From: an uncultured bacterium | Lineage (GTDB): Bacteria; Verrucomicrobiota; Verrucomicrobiia; Limisphaerales; UBA8199 | Reading direction: 5' to 3' | Length of the DNA stretch: 64,000 bases | NCBI GenBank assembly: GCA_963749495.1 | Contig: CAVVMW010000021.1 | Coordinates: 768,001-832,000, forward strand | Shown here: in pieces, positions 20,070 to 31,104 of the stretch | How positions within the stretch are numbered: the first letter of the stretch is position 1 | How the letters are laid out: every line of letters starts with the position of its first letter | The notes under the pieces: model-generated | What the model was told of the DNA's origin: nothing | Databases searched by the model: none | Seen by the model: the letters and a program-made list of their open reading frames with translations, nothing else | Program-made: the position numbers and the translations under genes

Positions 20070-23000
20070 ACACCAGGCCTCGTTTCGTGCATCCGGGGCA
20101 GCTTGTTATCCGGGTGCTCGCCGCACTGTGCATCCTTGGTCTTGTTTTCCCGCGGACAATCGCCGCAGTCCGGGAGGGCGCTCCGCCGGAGATCGCCCAC
20201 ATCTTTCCGGACTACCCCGGCCTCAGCCCCCAGATCATCACGGGCGAACACTTCGATCCGCTCCGCACCGAGGTGTGGGTTTGGGAACCGCCCTCCGGCG
20301 AGCGCCTCGTTCGCGAGACGGCGGCCCGACTGGGTGAGGCGTTGCCCGCGCTGCCCGCCCAGCCTCCGGAAGGCGCGCGGCGGGCCGACGCTCTGGATGT
20401 CGAGAACCAGGTCATCACGGCCTGGCTCAATGGCGCCGTCGCGTGGGTCAAGACTCCAGAGGGCTTCTCCCAGCCGCACTTGTTCAACGTGGCAAAACCT
20501 CTTTGGGTGAGCGAGGACGAGGCTGAGCCGGGCGCATTGGTTTACGTCTTCGGCTTTGGTCTGCGCCCCGAATACCGCCGCTCGAACCTCGTCCTGAAAC
20601 GCGGGACGACAGTCCTCTTCCCGCGCACCATCGTGGAAGCCCGCGCGTTGCGCACGGCTGACAAGCGGTTGGTGTATTTCGAGGTTCCAGCGGATGCTGT
20701 CCCGGGACACTACGAGGTGTTCTGTCATAATTCTTACGGCGGAACGTGGGGCTGGCAAAAGGCCGGCAACCTCGAAGTGGTTGCGCGGCCTGGGGTCGTA
20801 GCGCGGGTCTTCGACGTGCGCCAACAGGGCGCCAAAGGCGATGGGCTGGTGAACGACCGCCAGGCCATTGAGAGCGCAGTGGCGGCGGCGAAACAGGCCG
20901 GCGGCGGCATCGTGTTCTTCCCGCCCGGAACCTACACGACGGACGCCACCCTCGTGGTTCCTTCCGGGGTTCGTCTCCGCGGCGCGAGCCGGGACACCAG
21001 CGTTCTCCAGGGCACCGGGGATCCCGCCACGGCCAATCGGGTCGCCTGGTTCCATAGCCTGAAGCCGCCCACGGCCGTGGTGCGGCTGCGGAGCGATGCC
21101 GGCCTTGAATCACTTGCCGTGGAGGGCGCCACCTGGCAGGGAGTGGGCGGTTACGGTTTGGTGGAGGCTGTTCCCGAGGAGATGCCCTTCCCGGTGGGCG
21201 GCGAGGTCCGGAACGTCACGGTAGGCAACTGCCGCCTGCGCGCACTGGAGGAGGAGGTGCTGTCGCGCCGCCCGCTCTATCTGTGCGCGTTCCACGCGGG
21301 ACCCGGCGCGCAACGGGTCAAGCTGCTGAACAACGAGATTTTCGGTTCGGCTGGTTTTGGCATTGGCGGCGTGGGGCAAGCCGTGCGCACGGAGATCATC
21401 GGGAACGTCTTCCACGGCGGGGCGGTCAGCGATGTCGTCACGATCAGCGGCTCGTTTAGCCAAAGTTTGATTGACGCGAACATCCTCACCGACACGCCCG
21501 GGCGCATCTGCCTCGGCATGGGCCGGCACAACTACATTCGGTTCAACGAAATTCACCAGGCCTTTCGCGGCACCTGGGAGAACGCCGAGGAGATTTACCT
21601 GGTCCACGGCGGCGTTGAGGCGCCCAAGACCGTGAGTTTTGCCACCGGTGGTTCGGCCACCACGCTGGCGGACACTCGGCAACATTGGAGGCCCGGCTTC
21701 CATCGTGAGGCGACGGTGCTGGTCATCTCCGGGCGGGGCTTTGGCCAATACCGGCGGGTGGCCGACAATACCGCCGACACGCTCGCGGTGGATAAACCTT
21801 GGAACGTGGCGCCGGACGCAACCACCGAGTATGTCGTGGCGCCACAGTTCGTCGAGAACGCCTTTTTCGCGAACCTGAACAACACGCCCTGCCGCATGTC
21901 GCTCTGGCTGGATTGCATTGCCAACCAAGTCGAGATGCACCGAGACGAAAACGCGAAAGGCATAGATCTGTGGGGCGAAGACGCCAGCACGGTGGACGAG
22001 CATGGCGTCGGCAAGGGGCTGAGCAAATTCTTTCCCGCGTGGTACAACACTTTCGTGGATTGCTGGATGGACGGCTCTGCGCTCTGGCTCGGGACGCCCG
22101 GCGCTCATGCGAACAACGCGCATGTCGGCTATCCGAACTTCGGCAACTACGTCGTGCGCAACCGCATTCGCTCGCCGCACAGCTATCGCACCGGGTTCAA
22201 CTTCGTCCGGCCCCAGGCGGAAGCCGGCATCAGCGTGGGCGGCGGCCACGGGCGCGCCGGAACATCGCACACGATTGTCTCGGAAAACTTCCTCGCCTCC
22301 ACCTACAAGGGGATTAGCGTGGCCGACACGGCGCGCAAGACCTTCCTGTTGCAGAACGAATTCGACCACGTTGACGAGCCGATCAACGACCGGGGCGCGC
22401 GCACGGTCTTGCAGGGCAACACACGCAGCGGGCGGGGGCAAAAAGAGCCGGCGGACGCAACGCTGGCCGATGGCAGGAGCGAGCGCGATCTGCCCCCGTG
22501 GCAGCCCCGATCATGGACCGCAGATCCCGCCGAAGAGTTGCCGCCTTTGTTCGGTGACGTGCTGGCGTTGAAGGTCCTGGTCTCGCAACCGAGTGTGTGC
22601 TTCGCCTCGGAGGTGGACAGTGAGGCTCGGCAGGCCGAGTGCCAGGAGCACATGGGGCAGCTCTTTGAGGCCGTCAACGCTTACGAGTCGAAACACGGCC
22701 ACCTGCCTGAGGCAGCGTTCTATCCGCGGCATCCCAAGACGGACCCGGACAGCTTGCGCGTGCTCCTGGAGGGAAAGGACGACGCGATATTCACCTGCCC
22801 CACATGCGGTCCCGACCTGCAACGGTTGGGCTTGAACTACGTTTGGAACCAGAAGCTGAGCGGCCGGAAACTCTCGGAACTGAAGGCTCCTGCGAACACG
22901 TGGCTGCTGATGGACTTCGTGGGCACCCACGATTATATGGTGAACAATGCCTACTGCGGCCACCGGCGCGGCGTGAACATCCTCTATGCGGACGGCTCCG

Positions 23001-23080
23001 TGAAATGGAACCGGCCGTTCTCCACGGAAGCCTGGAATACGAACGCACCCCAAGCCTGGGTGCGCTGGGCCAGGGAGTGA
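20066..23080 (+). CDS. Secreted beta-helix polysaccharide-active protein (pectate lyase 3/GH55-like N-motif) fused to a C-terminal DUF1559/H-X9-DG-like domain
   Basis: ATG overlaps the upstream TGA; FDVRQQGAKGDGLVNDRQAI...GGGIVFFPPGTY; C-terminal CQEHMGQL..AVNAY and HRRGVNILYADGSVKW. Confidence 0.8.
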   Translation: MNTRPRFVHPGQLVIRVLAALCILGLVFPRTIAAVREGAPPEIAHIFPDYPGLSPQIITGEHFDPLRTEVWVWEPPSGERLVRETAARLGEALPALPAQPPEGARRADALDVENQVITAWLNGAVAWVKTPEGFSQPHLFNVAKPLWVSEDEAEPGALVYVFGFGLRPEYRRSNLVLKRGTTVLFPRTIVEARALRTADKRLVYFEVPADAVPGHYEVFCHNSYGGTWGWQKAGNLEVVARPGVVARVFDVRQQGAKGDGLVNDRQAIESAVAAAKQAGGGIVFFPPGTYTTDATLVVPSGVRLRGASRDTSVLQGTGDPATANRVAWFHSLKPPTAVVRLRSDAGLESLAVEGATWQGVGGYGLVEAVPEEMPFPVGGEVRNVTVGNCRLRALEEEVLSRRPLYLCAFHAGPGAQRVKLLNNEIFGSAGFGIGGVGQAVRTEIIGNVFHGGAVSDVVTISGSFSQSLIDANILTDTPGRICLGMGRHNYIRFNEIHQAFRGTWENAEEIYLVHGGVEAPKTVSFATGGSATTLADTRQHWRPGFHREATVLVISGRGFGQYRRVADNTADTLAVDKPWNVAPDATTEYVVAPQFVENAFFANLNNTPCRMSLWLDCIANQVEMHRDENAKGIDLWGEDASTVDEHGVGKGLSKFFPAWYNTFVDCWMDGSALWLGTPGAHANNAHVGYPNFGNYVVRNRIRSPHSYRTGFNFVRPQAEAGISVGGGHGRAGTSHTIVSENFLASTYKGISVADTARKTFLLQNEFDHVDEPINDRGARTVLQGNTRSGRGQKEPADATLADGRSERDLPPWQPRSWTADPAEELPPLFGDVLALKVLVSQPSVCFASEVDSEARQAECQEHMGQLFEAVNAYESKHGHLPEAAFYPRHPKTDPDSLRVLLEGKDDAIFTCPTCGPDLQRLGLNYVWNQKLSGRKLSELKAPANTWLLMDFVGTHDYMVNNAYCGHRRGVNILYADGSVKWNRPFSTEAWNTNAPQAWVRWARE

Positions 23081-23137
23081 ACGTTGCGCATACTGAGCCA
23101 CGCGGGTCCAGTTTGCAATCCCACAGGCCTGCTGCCT

Positions 23138-23309
23138 GGCGCATCCCGACACTGGCCCCGGAGTGCGCCCGTCCCCGGGCGCAGCAGCGACGGAGCGGGC
23201 AGGCGCGCTGGAATGTTTGACCGCTGCCCTGGCTCCGGACGTCGCTGCGCCCGGGGACGGGCGCACTCCGGTCTGGCCCCAGGCGGTGGGGGCGGTGTCG
23301 GGATGCGCC
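23138..23309. mobile_element. 172-bp palindromic MITE/REP-like element, copy 1
   Basis: 15-bp perfect TIR ggcgcatcccgacac / gtgtcgggatgcgcc; inner IR ccggagtgcgcccgtccccgggcgcagc; second copy at 39647-39818. Confidence 0.85.
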
Positions 23310-23346
23310 CCCGCTGCCTGGCGAAAAGGATTGTCAAAAACAATTT

Positions 23347-23400
23347 AACCACGGATGCACACGGATAGACACGGATTGGGCCCTTATCTGTGCTTATCCC
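23347..23400. repeat. aaccacggat(g/a)cacacggat-type REP-like repeat, degenerate
   Basis: aaccacggatgcacacggatagacacggat followed by a partial complementary arm. Confidence 0.55.
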
Positions 23401-23451
23401 GTAAAGTAAAGGGGGCGGCCATTAGGGCAGCCCCGGAATTCTGAACGAAAT

Positions 23452-24033
23452 TCATGCTTCAGCCGACGCCGTAGTGTCATAGGCTCGTTCCAAGCGGCCT
23501 TTGAGCCGCTTCAGCCCGCGTCCGGCTGCGCTCTTGACCCGCCGGATGGCTTGCGTCACCCGCGACTCGTCCCCCCTACCCAACCGTTCGCTTACCCAGC
23601 GCCGACGCACCGTAGTGTGCTGGCACAACCACCACGCCAACACGTGTTGCTCCGGCGCTCCCTTGGGCCGGCCCACGACGTCCCTCTCCTCCAGCCCCAA
23701 CACCGCCAGGCCTCGCCGCAGCAAACGCCCGGCCTCCGCTTCCCCGTGCTCGCGCTTGGCCGCGCCGCTGTGTGAACCGCGTCGCGCCCTCCCTAACGGC
23801 CGGCCCACTAACTCCACCATCGGCTCCCGAAACTCAGGTCCGCCAAGATACCAGCCTCGCCGCAGGGCCTTCCACTCCTGCTCCAGTTGCTCGCGCCCCC
23901 GCTCCATTCCCAACTCCAGCACCCGCCCCTCCACATACGCCCGGTAGCCCGAGCGGTCTTCCCGCCCCAAACCGTGGCTGCCCAGCACCCGCTCCGTCAC
24001 CAGCCACCCCGGCCGCGGCGCCGACCCCTTCAC
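23452..24033 (-). pseudogene. RAYT (REP-associated tyrosine transposase, IS200-like) C-terminal fragment
   Basis: WLVTERVL...WKALRRGWYLG...WVSERLG typical of the verrucomicrobial RAYT C-terminus; HUH catalytic half absent. Confidence 0.7.
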
Positions 24034-24117
24034 GACCCCTTCACCGCATCAAGCCGACACTCTGGACGACGAACCAGGCCGGCTGACGGATACCTGTAAG
24101 CAACCGGGGTAGAAGAT

Positions 24118-25909
24118 TTACAGGAATGGAGGAATCTCGTCCCACGAGTTGATCAGGAAGCGGCCGTTGCCTCTCATTTTGGCGAGAGACTCGTCCCAAT
24201 GGAAACTGAAATGGCCGTTCATTCTTACGCTGTTGACCATGAGCGAGCCGCAGAAGTCTTGGTTGCTGTTTCCGCCGCCATTCATGGCAACGTCGGCGTT
24301 GGGAGCGACGAGAACGCCGGTAAACTCCCCGTTGCCATTCAACGTGAACGAGGTGACGGTAGGAGCGCACAAAACAATGAAGCTGCCGGGCATACCCGTT
24401 CGGGTTGAGGACCTGGTTGCCGCTGACGGTGACGGAGGTCCCGCCGGAATAGATCACGACGCCGGCACCCTGCGCGATGGTGAAGTTCTCACTCCCGCTG
24501 AGCCCGTTGGGCAGGATGAGACACGCATTGGGACCGGCTATGAGGGTCGAGCCGGACAAAGAGTATGCGTAATTCGTCGTGTTGGCGTAAATGACGTTAT
24601 CATAATAGTTGGTCGTATAGATGACGGTCGTCTGGCTCGTGTCGTAGGTGTACGTGGGGCACGGATAGGTATAGGTGAAAGCCGGGTAAGTGTAGGTCGT
24701 GCCGGTAATGAGGTTATAGGTGTAATCCTTAATCTTTTTGCTGCTGCCATTGTAATTTGTGGTGACGCCGCCAACGTAAGTTCCGGCTCCAGGATAGTCT
24801 GAGGTGGTCGTTGTCGTAGTCGTCAAGTTCGTAGTGGTTGCCGAGGGAACCGGGCTGGGCAAGCTGGACACGGTGTTGTAGGTCGTGTTGGTGATGAGGC
24901 TTGAGGGCAGCGGGCTGGGAATCGAAGACACGGTGGTATAGCTCTGGTTGGTTGCAACCCCGCCGGCGGGCGTCGGGCTGGGATAGTTGGCCGAGGTGAC
25001 AGCATTGGTGCTGAAGCTGTAGGTGGGGGTGACGACGGTGCCGCTGGGCGGCTGCAGGAGACCACTAATGCTGCGGAGAGTGGTGTCCGGGTAGGTGAAG
25101 TTTGCGTCCTGGACGATGTACCCCTTCGCGACGGCCGTGGCGACGTCGCCGACCTGGCTTCCGTGAGGCCCCACCCCGCCCTGGCTGCCGATCGAGACTG
25201 GCTGGTTAGGCCCGGTGTGGACTATTCCGTAGATGTTGGCGTTCTGCACTCCAATCGAGTCGGCAATACCGCCGTCGCTGGCGATGTCGCCATGGTCTCC
25301 GCTGTAGTTGCTCGAGTCGTAGCGGCAATTGGTGCTCTTGGCGGGATCGCTGGAGTCGTAGCTGTCGGTAAAAACGCCGTTGCCCTTCAGGTCAATGGAG
25401 TGTTTACACACAAAGGCGCAAGTGAACAGGTTGCTCTTGGAGCACCGAACCCGCACGGCGCGAGTCACGGTGGTGGTAGTGGTCTGGGGGACACCTGCGG
25501 CAGCGAAAAAGACTGGCCCCGCGTTGCGCGCCAAGATGGGCACGGTCACGGTCGCCTGCGCGCTGACCGTGGGGTTGCTGCTGTTCGACAGGTTGATCTG
25601 CACGGTGTAGCTGTTCCCATCTGCCAGTGTTTGGGTGCGGGTATAGACATTGCCGTTGGCGGTCCAGCCATTGCCCGTGACGTTGCCGCCGCTGCTGTTG
25701 AGCGCCTCCAGGCCATCTTCGACGCCGGCTTCAGCGATGGCGATGGCCATGTTCCAGGATTGAGAGCGGGTGCTGAGCATGCTTTGCTGCTGGATCAGCG
25801 ACAGGTAGGCCGCGATGCCGACCACGAGAAGGGCGCAGATGGCCATCACGACCAGCAGACTGCTGGCGAGCTGTTTGGTTCTTCGGGAGCGTTTGGTTTT
25901 CATATTCAT
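24118..25909 (-). CDS. PilX/GspK-like pseudopilin-associated protein (Thr/Ser-rich), frameshifted near 24393
   Basis: ASSLLVVMAICALLVVGIAAYL...AIAIAEAGVEDGL; the C-terminus continues in ORF 24118-24393 (FHWDESL...SWDEI). Confidence 0.8.
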
Positions 25910-26472
25910 TGATTTTGTTGTTTGCGGACGACGATCTGTGCGGTCTGGACCGCCTCGCTGTTGACGTTGGCGTTAGGGCAGACGTTCATTGAGGTCTTCC
26001 AGCTCAAGTTGATGGCTTTGACCGTTGTCTGCCACTGGTTCGAGGCCACCGGGAAGATGCCCCAGACAGCGTTGCTGGGGTTGCGCTGGCGGAGGTCGAA
26101 ATGGAGCAGGCAGCAATTGCTCAGGAGCACCTGGTGGCTGCCGTCGCTGGCGTCGCGCACCATTTGGAGGGTGTCGGGATTGAACGTGTAGATAACCGTC
26201 AATCCGCTTCCGTTCAGGATGCTGAGCGTCGGCGGGTTGGTGCTGAAGTTGGTCACTTGCTTGGCCTGACGGATCTCGGCGGTCAGTTGGTCCATCGCCT
26301 GCCGGTTGGCTTGGTCGAGAACCGCATAATTGGAGAGGGCGGCGAAGCTGCGGAGGCCGAAGCCAGAGAAGTTGACCACGGCCAGCGTGCAGATCGAGAA
26401 GACGCCCAGCGCCACCATCATCTCGACGAGGGTCCACGCGCGGTTGGCGCTGGGCATGGGCTTAAAAAGCAT
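25906..26472 (-). CDS. PilW/GspJ-like prepilin-type protein
   Basis: AWTLVEMMVALGV...LTAEIRQA; ATGA overlap with the downstream gene. Confidence 0.85.
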   Translation of the reverse strand: MLFKPMPSANRAWTLVEMMVALGVFSICTLAVVNFSGFGLRSFAALSNYAVLDQANRQAMDQLTAEIRQAKQVTNFSTNPPTLSILNGSGLTVIYTFNPDTLQMVRDASDGSHQVLLSNCCLLHFDLRQRNPSNAVWGIFPVASNQWQTTVKAINLSWKTSMNVCPNANVNSEAVQTAQIVVRKQQNQ

Positions 26473-26917
26473 AATTCTGGATTCCGTCCTTGGCGATCAG
26501 CGTGGCCAACGTGCGAGTGTGTGGAACTCTGTCGCCGGTGGTCCATTGGAGCGTGATGACAAGCTGCTTGACATTGGTGGTGTAGTCAGCCGCGCCGCCA
26601 GGGTAAGGCATGATGGTGAGCGTGCCGTTGTACGTGGTCCCCTGCGAGTCGGTTGACTGTGGATTATAGACATCGGTGAACGTGGCGGGAATAAATCCGG
26701 GTGTGTTGACCTGATCCCATGTGTAGAGCCGGAGGATTTCCGCTTTTTCGAGGACGATTTGGGTTGCTCGCTGGTTTTCGCGGACTATCTGGGTAACGAA
26801 GAAGGCATAGCTGACGCAACCCATCACACCCGCGACCGTGGTGAGGAGGATGGCGGTAGCCACAACGAGTTCGACAAGCGTAAGGCCGTGCGATTTCCTA
26901 CCGCACCGTGTCTTCAT
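26462..26917 (-). CDS. PilV/GspI-like prepilin-type protein
   Basis: HG|LTLVELVVA class III signal; RENQRATQI..EK.E..R. Confidence 0.85.
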   Translation of the reverse strand: MKTRCGRKSHGLTLVELVVATAILLTTVAGVMGCVSYAFFVTQIVRENQRATQIVLEKAEILRLYTWDQVNTPGFIPATFTDVYNPQSTDSQGTTYNGTLTIMPYPGGAADYTTNVKQLVITLQWTTGDRVPHTRTLATLIAKDGIQNYAF

Positions 26918-27515
26918 AACTGTCATAAGTGTCTCGTGATGTCCAGATTGTGGACAGTGTGTACAGCAGACAACCACCGAGCAGGCTGCCTGGAACTGCG
27001 CCTCAACGCGTTGTCCAGCCAAGCAGGAGCCCTCTGCCTTGATTTTTCCGGCGATTCCAGCCAGAATGGCTGCCTGCTCTTATCAGTTGCTGCCTGAGCG
27101 TCATCCACTTCAATCGCTCACGCAACGGGTCTTAGCATACTCCGGGCCAGCTCTTTTCGGGCGGGCGCTGGTGGAGTTGGAATCTGACGAGTCCTTGGGA
27201 TGGATTCACCGGGCATACGGCCTGCGCCGGGCGCCCGGGGGCGCAAAAAGCCCAAATTGTTTGCTGATCTGGGGAGTCGCGCTTATGCTTGGGCCTCAGG
27301 ATGAACGAGCCACCGCGATCGGATTCCAAGCTTTGCCCAGTTTGCAACGCCAAGATTCCATTTTCGCTGGCGATGCACTTGGTCGCGGCACATTTTCCAA
27401 ACGCCATAGAAAACAGCGCGCAGACCCCTGATGTGACCTTCCAGCAAGCCCAGGCTTCAGCTCATCGAGAATCGCACTCAGAATTTCCATCAGGTTCGAA
27501 CAGGCGAAAAGAAGA

Positions 27516-27936
27516 GGGTCGGTCCCGGAATTCTGAACGACATTCATGCTTCAGCCGATGCCCAAGTCTCATAGGCTCCTTCCAACCGGCCTCTGAGCCG
27601 CTTCACCCCCAGTTCGGCTGGCCTCTTAAAGGTAAACCGATTCATGCCCACCACCAGGCTGGGCCCCGGCGTCTCCAGCAGCAGGTGATAGTGATTGCCC
27701 ATCATGACCCAGGCATGGATGCGCCAGCCGGTCTTTGCGCAGGGCTCGGCCGCCGTCTCCAGCCACAGCTTGCCGTCGCGGTCGTCGCCGCAAATGGCCC
27801 GCCCCTGGTTGCCCCGCGCCATCACGTGATAGGTGGCGCTGGCATACTCGATGCGTACCTTCCGAGCCATAGGCACCCAGTTTCGCAGAACAGTCCATAG
27901 TTGTCGATGAACTATTCTGAATTCCGGGACCGACCC
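27516..27936 (-). mobile_element. Internally deleted RAYT element with 18-bp terminal inverted repeats (ORF 27544-27870)
   Basis: MARKVRIEY...YHVMARGN...WRIHAWVMMGNHYHLLLETP (HUH); IR gggtcggtcccggaattc at 27516-27533 and 27919-27936. Confidence 0.85.
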
Positions 27937-28033
27937 CTTCGACGAAATGCAACTAAGCCTGCTCATTGAACGCATCAGAATTGAATTGATGATTAAACGA
28001 ATAGAATGGGAAAGACGACACTATTTATAGAAT

Positions 28034-28291
28034 ATGATTACAACGATCCAAACAAATACATTTCAACCGTTCTCTAACATTTCATCTGGCGGTGGTTCAC
28101 TTACAACAAACACAAGCTTTGCGCTCTTTTCCAACTTCGCCCTTGCTAATGGCCTGAATGTTGTACCACATTCTCATTCCAGTTCAGCGGTAAACGCTAG
28201 CACTTGGCAGGACTACGCAGTTCAATGCGGAATGACCGGCAGCGGGACAAGCTCATTCTCTCTGTCGTCAAGTGTTGATACCGTGAATTAG
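28034..28291 (+). CDS. Small Ser/Thr/Asn-rich hypothetical protein
   Basis: 85-aa ATG ORF in an AT-rich patch; no recognisable motif. Confidence 0.35.
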   Translation: MITTIQTNTFQPFSNISSGGGSLTTNTSFALFSNFALANGLNVVPHSHSSSAVNASTWQDYAVQCGMTGSGTSSFSLSSSVDTVN

Positions 28292-28490
28292 CAGCCAGAG
28301 CATTCCGCCGTTCTCAATTCGCTTAGTTCATCGGTGTTTAGGACCACAGGCCGCAGAGGATATTTCAACGCTGCCTTTGTCGGCAGTGGTACTGCAACTG
28401 GGTCAATGTATTGTCTCGCTGGCGTCTAAAAAGAGACGAATGGCCTGAGCGGTGCTCCTGGACGATACGTATTACAATCCATGCCGCGTG

Positions 28491-29603
28491 TTAATCGCCG
28501 TAACGCGGCTCTCCAACACCGCTGGTAAAGTGAAGCAAGAACGTGTTCCCGAACGTTGATGAGTTTGGTGCGACGGCCCTGATCGCGAGCCTGTTATATG
28601 TTCTATTCAGATTGGTGGACTCAACCGTCAATAGCTGAAAAACGACGGAGTCGTTTGTACCCAAAATGTGCCGATGCTCGGAAGTATATCGGCCGCCCTC
28701 AATATACGTTAATTTGATGCCGTTGGTAGGCGGCCATGTGACTCCCCCACTCTTGATCCAATCAAGGCCAGCGACGACTGTCAATTCTTCCGGGATACAC
28801 AGCGTTAGTGCCACGCTATTTGCCGCAGATTTGCCGTAGTTGATGACCGCAAACGTTAGCACCTGAGAATTGTTAGTCCCAATGGGAATCGTGATGTATG
28901 CACCATTGGTAAGCACAATGTCATTCACAGCAAACGCGAAGGCTGGGGCCTTTCCTAACTCTTCCAGCAGATTGGTTGTAATAGCTTCGACCCTTTTGTA
29001 TAGGGCCGCCAACTGTTCCCGATTGGTCGGCTGATTCTCATAGAGATTGCTAAGATTACTATAGAGATTAACCACGTTCGCGGGGAGTGATTCAAACGAG
29101 GTTAGTCGCTGTTGGGCTGCGTCCCTTTCTTGCGTAACCTTCAGAATCTCCGCGTCTTTCGCCCGCTTCACTTCGTTAAGGTCAATTGTGAGTTTTATTA
29201 TTTCCTGCTTATTGGCTTCTAGTTGCCTTTCCAGCCTGCGGCCCTCATCCTGCTGTGCCGATAGTTTTCCATTCAGGAAGGCATATTGCTTATTGACTCC
29301 GCATCCCCTCAGCCAAAGCCCGGCGGCTAGACCGCCGACCAGACTCAGGACGATGGCAAGAATGACGAGGTGAAGAACCTTTCGCAGAGGAGCACGCAAA
29401 TATCCCCGTTCACGCTTGACATATTCGTTTAGTGGGCTCAAGCCCCAAGCATCGCAAAGCGAATCCAAGAGGGCTTGCCCAAGGCCACGCCATCCATGCC
29501 GTTGTGGCGCCGTGGACCGGCGACGCTGGGGCATCGGCTGTTGGGCAGGCGTGGGCGCTTGAGGCGTCGTCGCGGGTGCCGGATTCTCAGGCTCATTTGT
29601 CAT
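28491..29603 (-). CDS. Single-pass membrane protein with coiled coil and C-terminal beta domain
   Basis: TM LHLVILAIVLSLVGGLAAGLWL followed by a heptad-rich region; low GC; start MTNEPEN chosen downstream of the RAYT remnant. Confidence 0.6.
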   Translation of the reverse strand: MTNEPENPAPATTPQAPTPAQQPMPQRRRSTAPQRHGWRGLGQALLDSLCDAWGLSPLNEYVKRERGYLRAPLRKVLHLVILAIVLSLVGGLAAGLWLRGCGVNKQYAFLNGKLSAQQDEGRRLERQLEANKQEIIKLTIDLNEVKRAKDAEILKVTQERDAAQQRLTSFESLPANVVNLYSNLSNLYENQPTNREQLAALYKRVEAITTNLLEELGKAPAFAFAVNDIVLTNGAYITIPIGTNNSQVLTFAVINYGKSAANSVALTLCIPEELTVVAGLDWIKSGGVTWPPTNGIKLTYIEGGRYTSEHRHILGTNDSVVFQLLTVESTNLNRTYNRLAIRAVAPNSSTFGNTFLLHFTSGVGEPRYGD

Positions 29604-29689
29604 GACATCAGCAGTATGCCGCAAACGTGCGACAAGGACAATTACAACATCGAGCAGAGCTTGCAATGCGGTCCGTTCTGTCGAATGTG

Positions 29690-29860
29690 CATGAGGCAAT
29701 AGGCATGCAGCTGCCAGCCGGTCTTCTGGCAAGCCTCGGCCAGCGTCTTGAGGAAATCCAGGCGATCCAGGTCGCCCAGGAAGATGTCCTCCCGCCGATC
29801 TCCCCTGCTCATGACGTGATACATGGCGCCCCCGTTTTGAATGCACAACTTGCGCGGCAT
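29690..29860 (-). pseudogene. RAYT N-terminal fragment
   Basis: MPRKL...YHVMSRGDRREDIF...CQKTGWQLHAYCLM, then breaks off; tandem gggttgacgcctttttcgaa repeats upstream (about 29916-29956). Confidence 0.8.
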
Positions 29861-30246
29861 GGGCTGATTGTGCCGGAGCTTGAGGCGGCAAGTCAAGAGA
29901 AATGGACCATGTTATGGGTTGACGCCTTTTTCGAATGGGTTGACGCCTTTTTCGAAAATGCTGCTGCGGAGCGAGAGCCGACGGAGCTGGCACGGCCAGC
30001 TTGCATGTCAGAACGCGGTGTGAAAGGACAGGGCCCCCGGCGGGGTCGGGCCAGCGCGCGCGAAGCGCGCCCTGGCCTGGCCCCGCGGGGTTGCTTGAAG
30101 ATGAACTATGCCCCGCTGAAATTGAAGGATGGATGCTCCAAGATGCCTCCCCCTCGTGTTGCGCTAAAGGAGGTCCGGCTGGCGGCTGGGCTTGGGCTTC
30201 TTCGGCGCGGCGGCAGATGAGCGGAGGAGGAGGCGGGTGGGACGCC

Positions 30247-31104
30247 TCAGCGCATCACGCGAAAATCCTTGTGGCTGCCTTCCCATGCGCGAATTTCCGA
30301 GAATAGCTGGCTCTGCGAAAACTCCTTGTCGGAGTAGGCTAAACGCAAATCGAGCTCCAAACGTTCCCTGGTAACTTCTAAGGCGGAACGATTTCCGAGG
30401 GCTTTCCGGAGAGCCAAACCGAGAATGTCAATGAAGTCATGGCCCCGAGTAACTTGCCATAAATCTCCAGCGAGGGCCAGCCTCTCCCGAATCCCAGCAA
30501 TCAACGATTCATTCTGCAAATCTGGTCGAACAGACTTATTCTTCACGTGCGTTACGAACAACTCAAGGTCCACATCTAGATTCGGTCGAGAAACGTACTC
30601 GCTTACGTCGGTTTTCTCGAAACACAACTTCAGCTGCTCGCGGTTTGAGTGCCAAACCAAACAACCTATCAATGCCGCCTGGTGAAGTAAATGTTCACGG
30701 ACGTCAGCCCTATGCTCTTTAGTCCACTTCTCCAACTTGGGTCGGGATGCAAATTGAAAGAGAAGCTTCTGGAACGCCCCGCTGCACAGCATCAAACACT
30801 CAGCATCGTGTAACTCAGTTCGAAAAACACCTTGAGGAACTGGTGGTCTGCCCTCGACGTTATCGAAATCCGCATCGATGATGCCAATTACACCAGCGAA
30901 AGCGTGATTCTCCAAAATCCGACATGCTTCGATAACGTAATCACGAGTGTGCGCGATGATTATCTGACATTCGCTCGCGTCCACGAACATCCCGTAAAGT
31001 CTATCGTCGGATAGGCCCTCTACAAAGAGAAAAACCCCACCAAACAATGCTCGTCTCATTCGAACATCATTTGCAAGCGTATACCCGTTTATATAGCTCT
31101 TCAC
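30247..31104 (-). CDS. DUF4435 (TOPRIM-like) protein; PARIS AriB-like
   Basis: LFVEGLSD, GIIDADFD, TELHDAE and RGHD motifs; GTGA overlap with the ATPase stop. Confidence 0.88.
   Translation of the reverse strand: MKSYINGYTLANDVRMRRALFGGVFLFVEGLSDDRLYGMFVDASECQIIIAHTRDYVIEACRILENHAFAGVIGIIDADFDNVEGRPPVPQGVFRTELHDAECLMLCSGAFQKLLFQFASRPKLEKWTKEHRADVREHLLHQAALIGCLVWHSNREQLKLCFEKTDVSEYVSRPNLDVDLELFVTHVKNKSVRPDLQNESLIAGIRERLALAGDLWQVTRGHDFIDILGLALRKALGNRSALEVTRERLELDLRLAYSDKEFSQSQLFSEIRAWEGSHKDFRVMR

Noticed and set aside
29604..29993. N-terminal extension of the 500-aa ORF
   Set aside because: Off-frame read-through of a RAYT remnant and its repeats.
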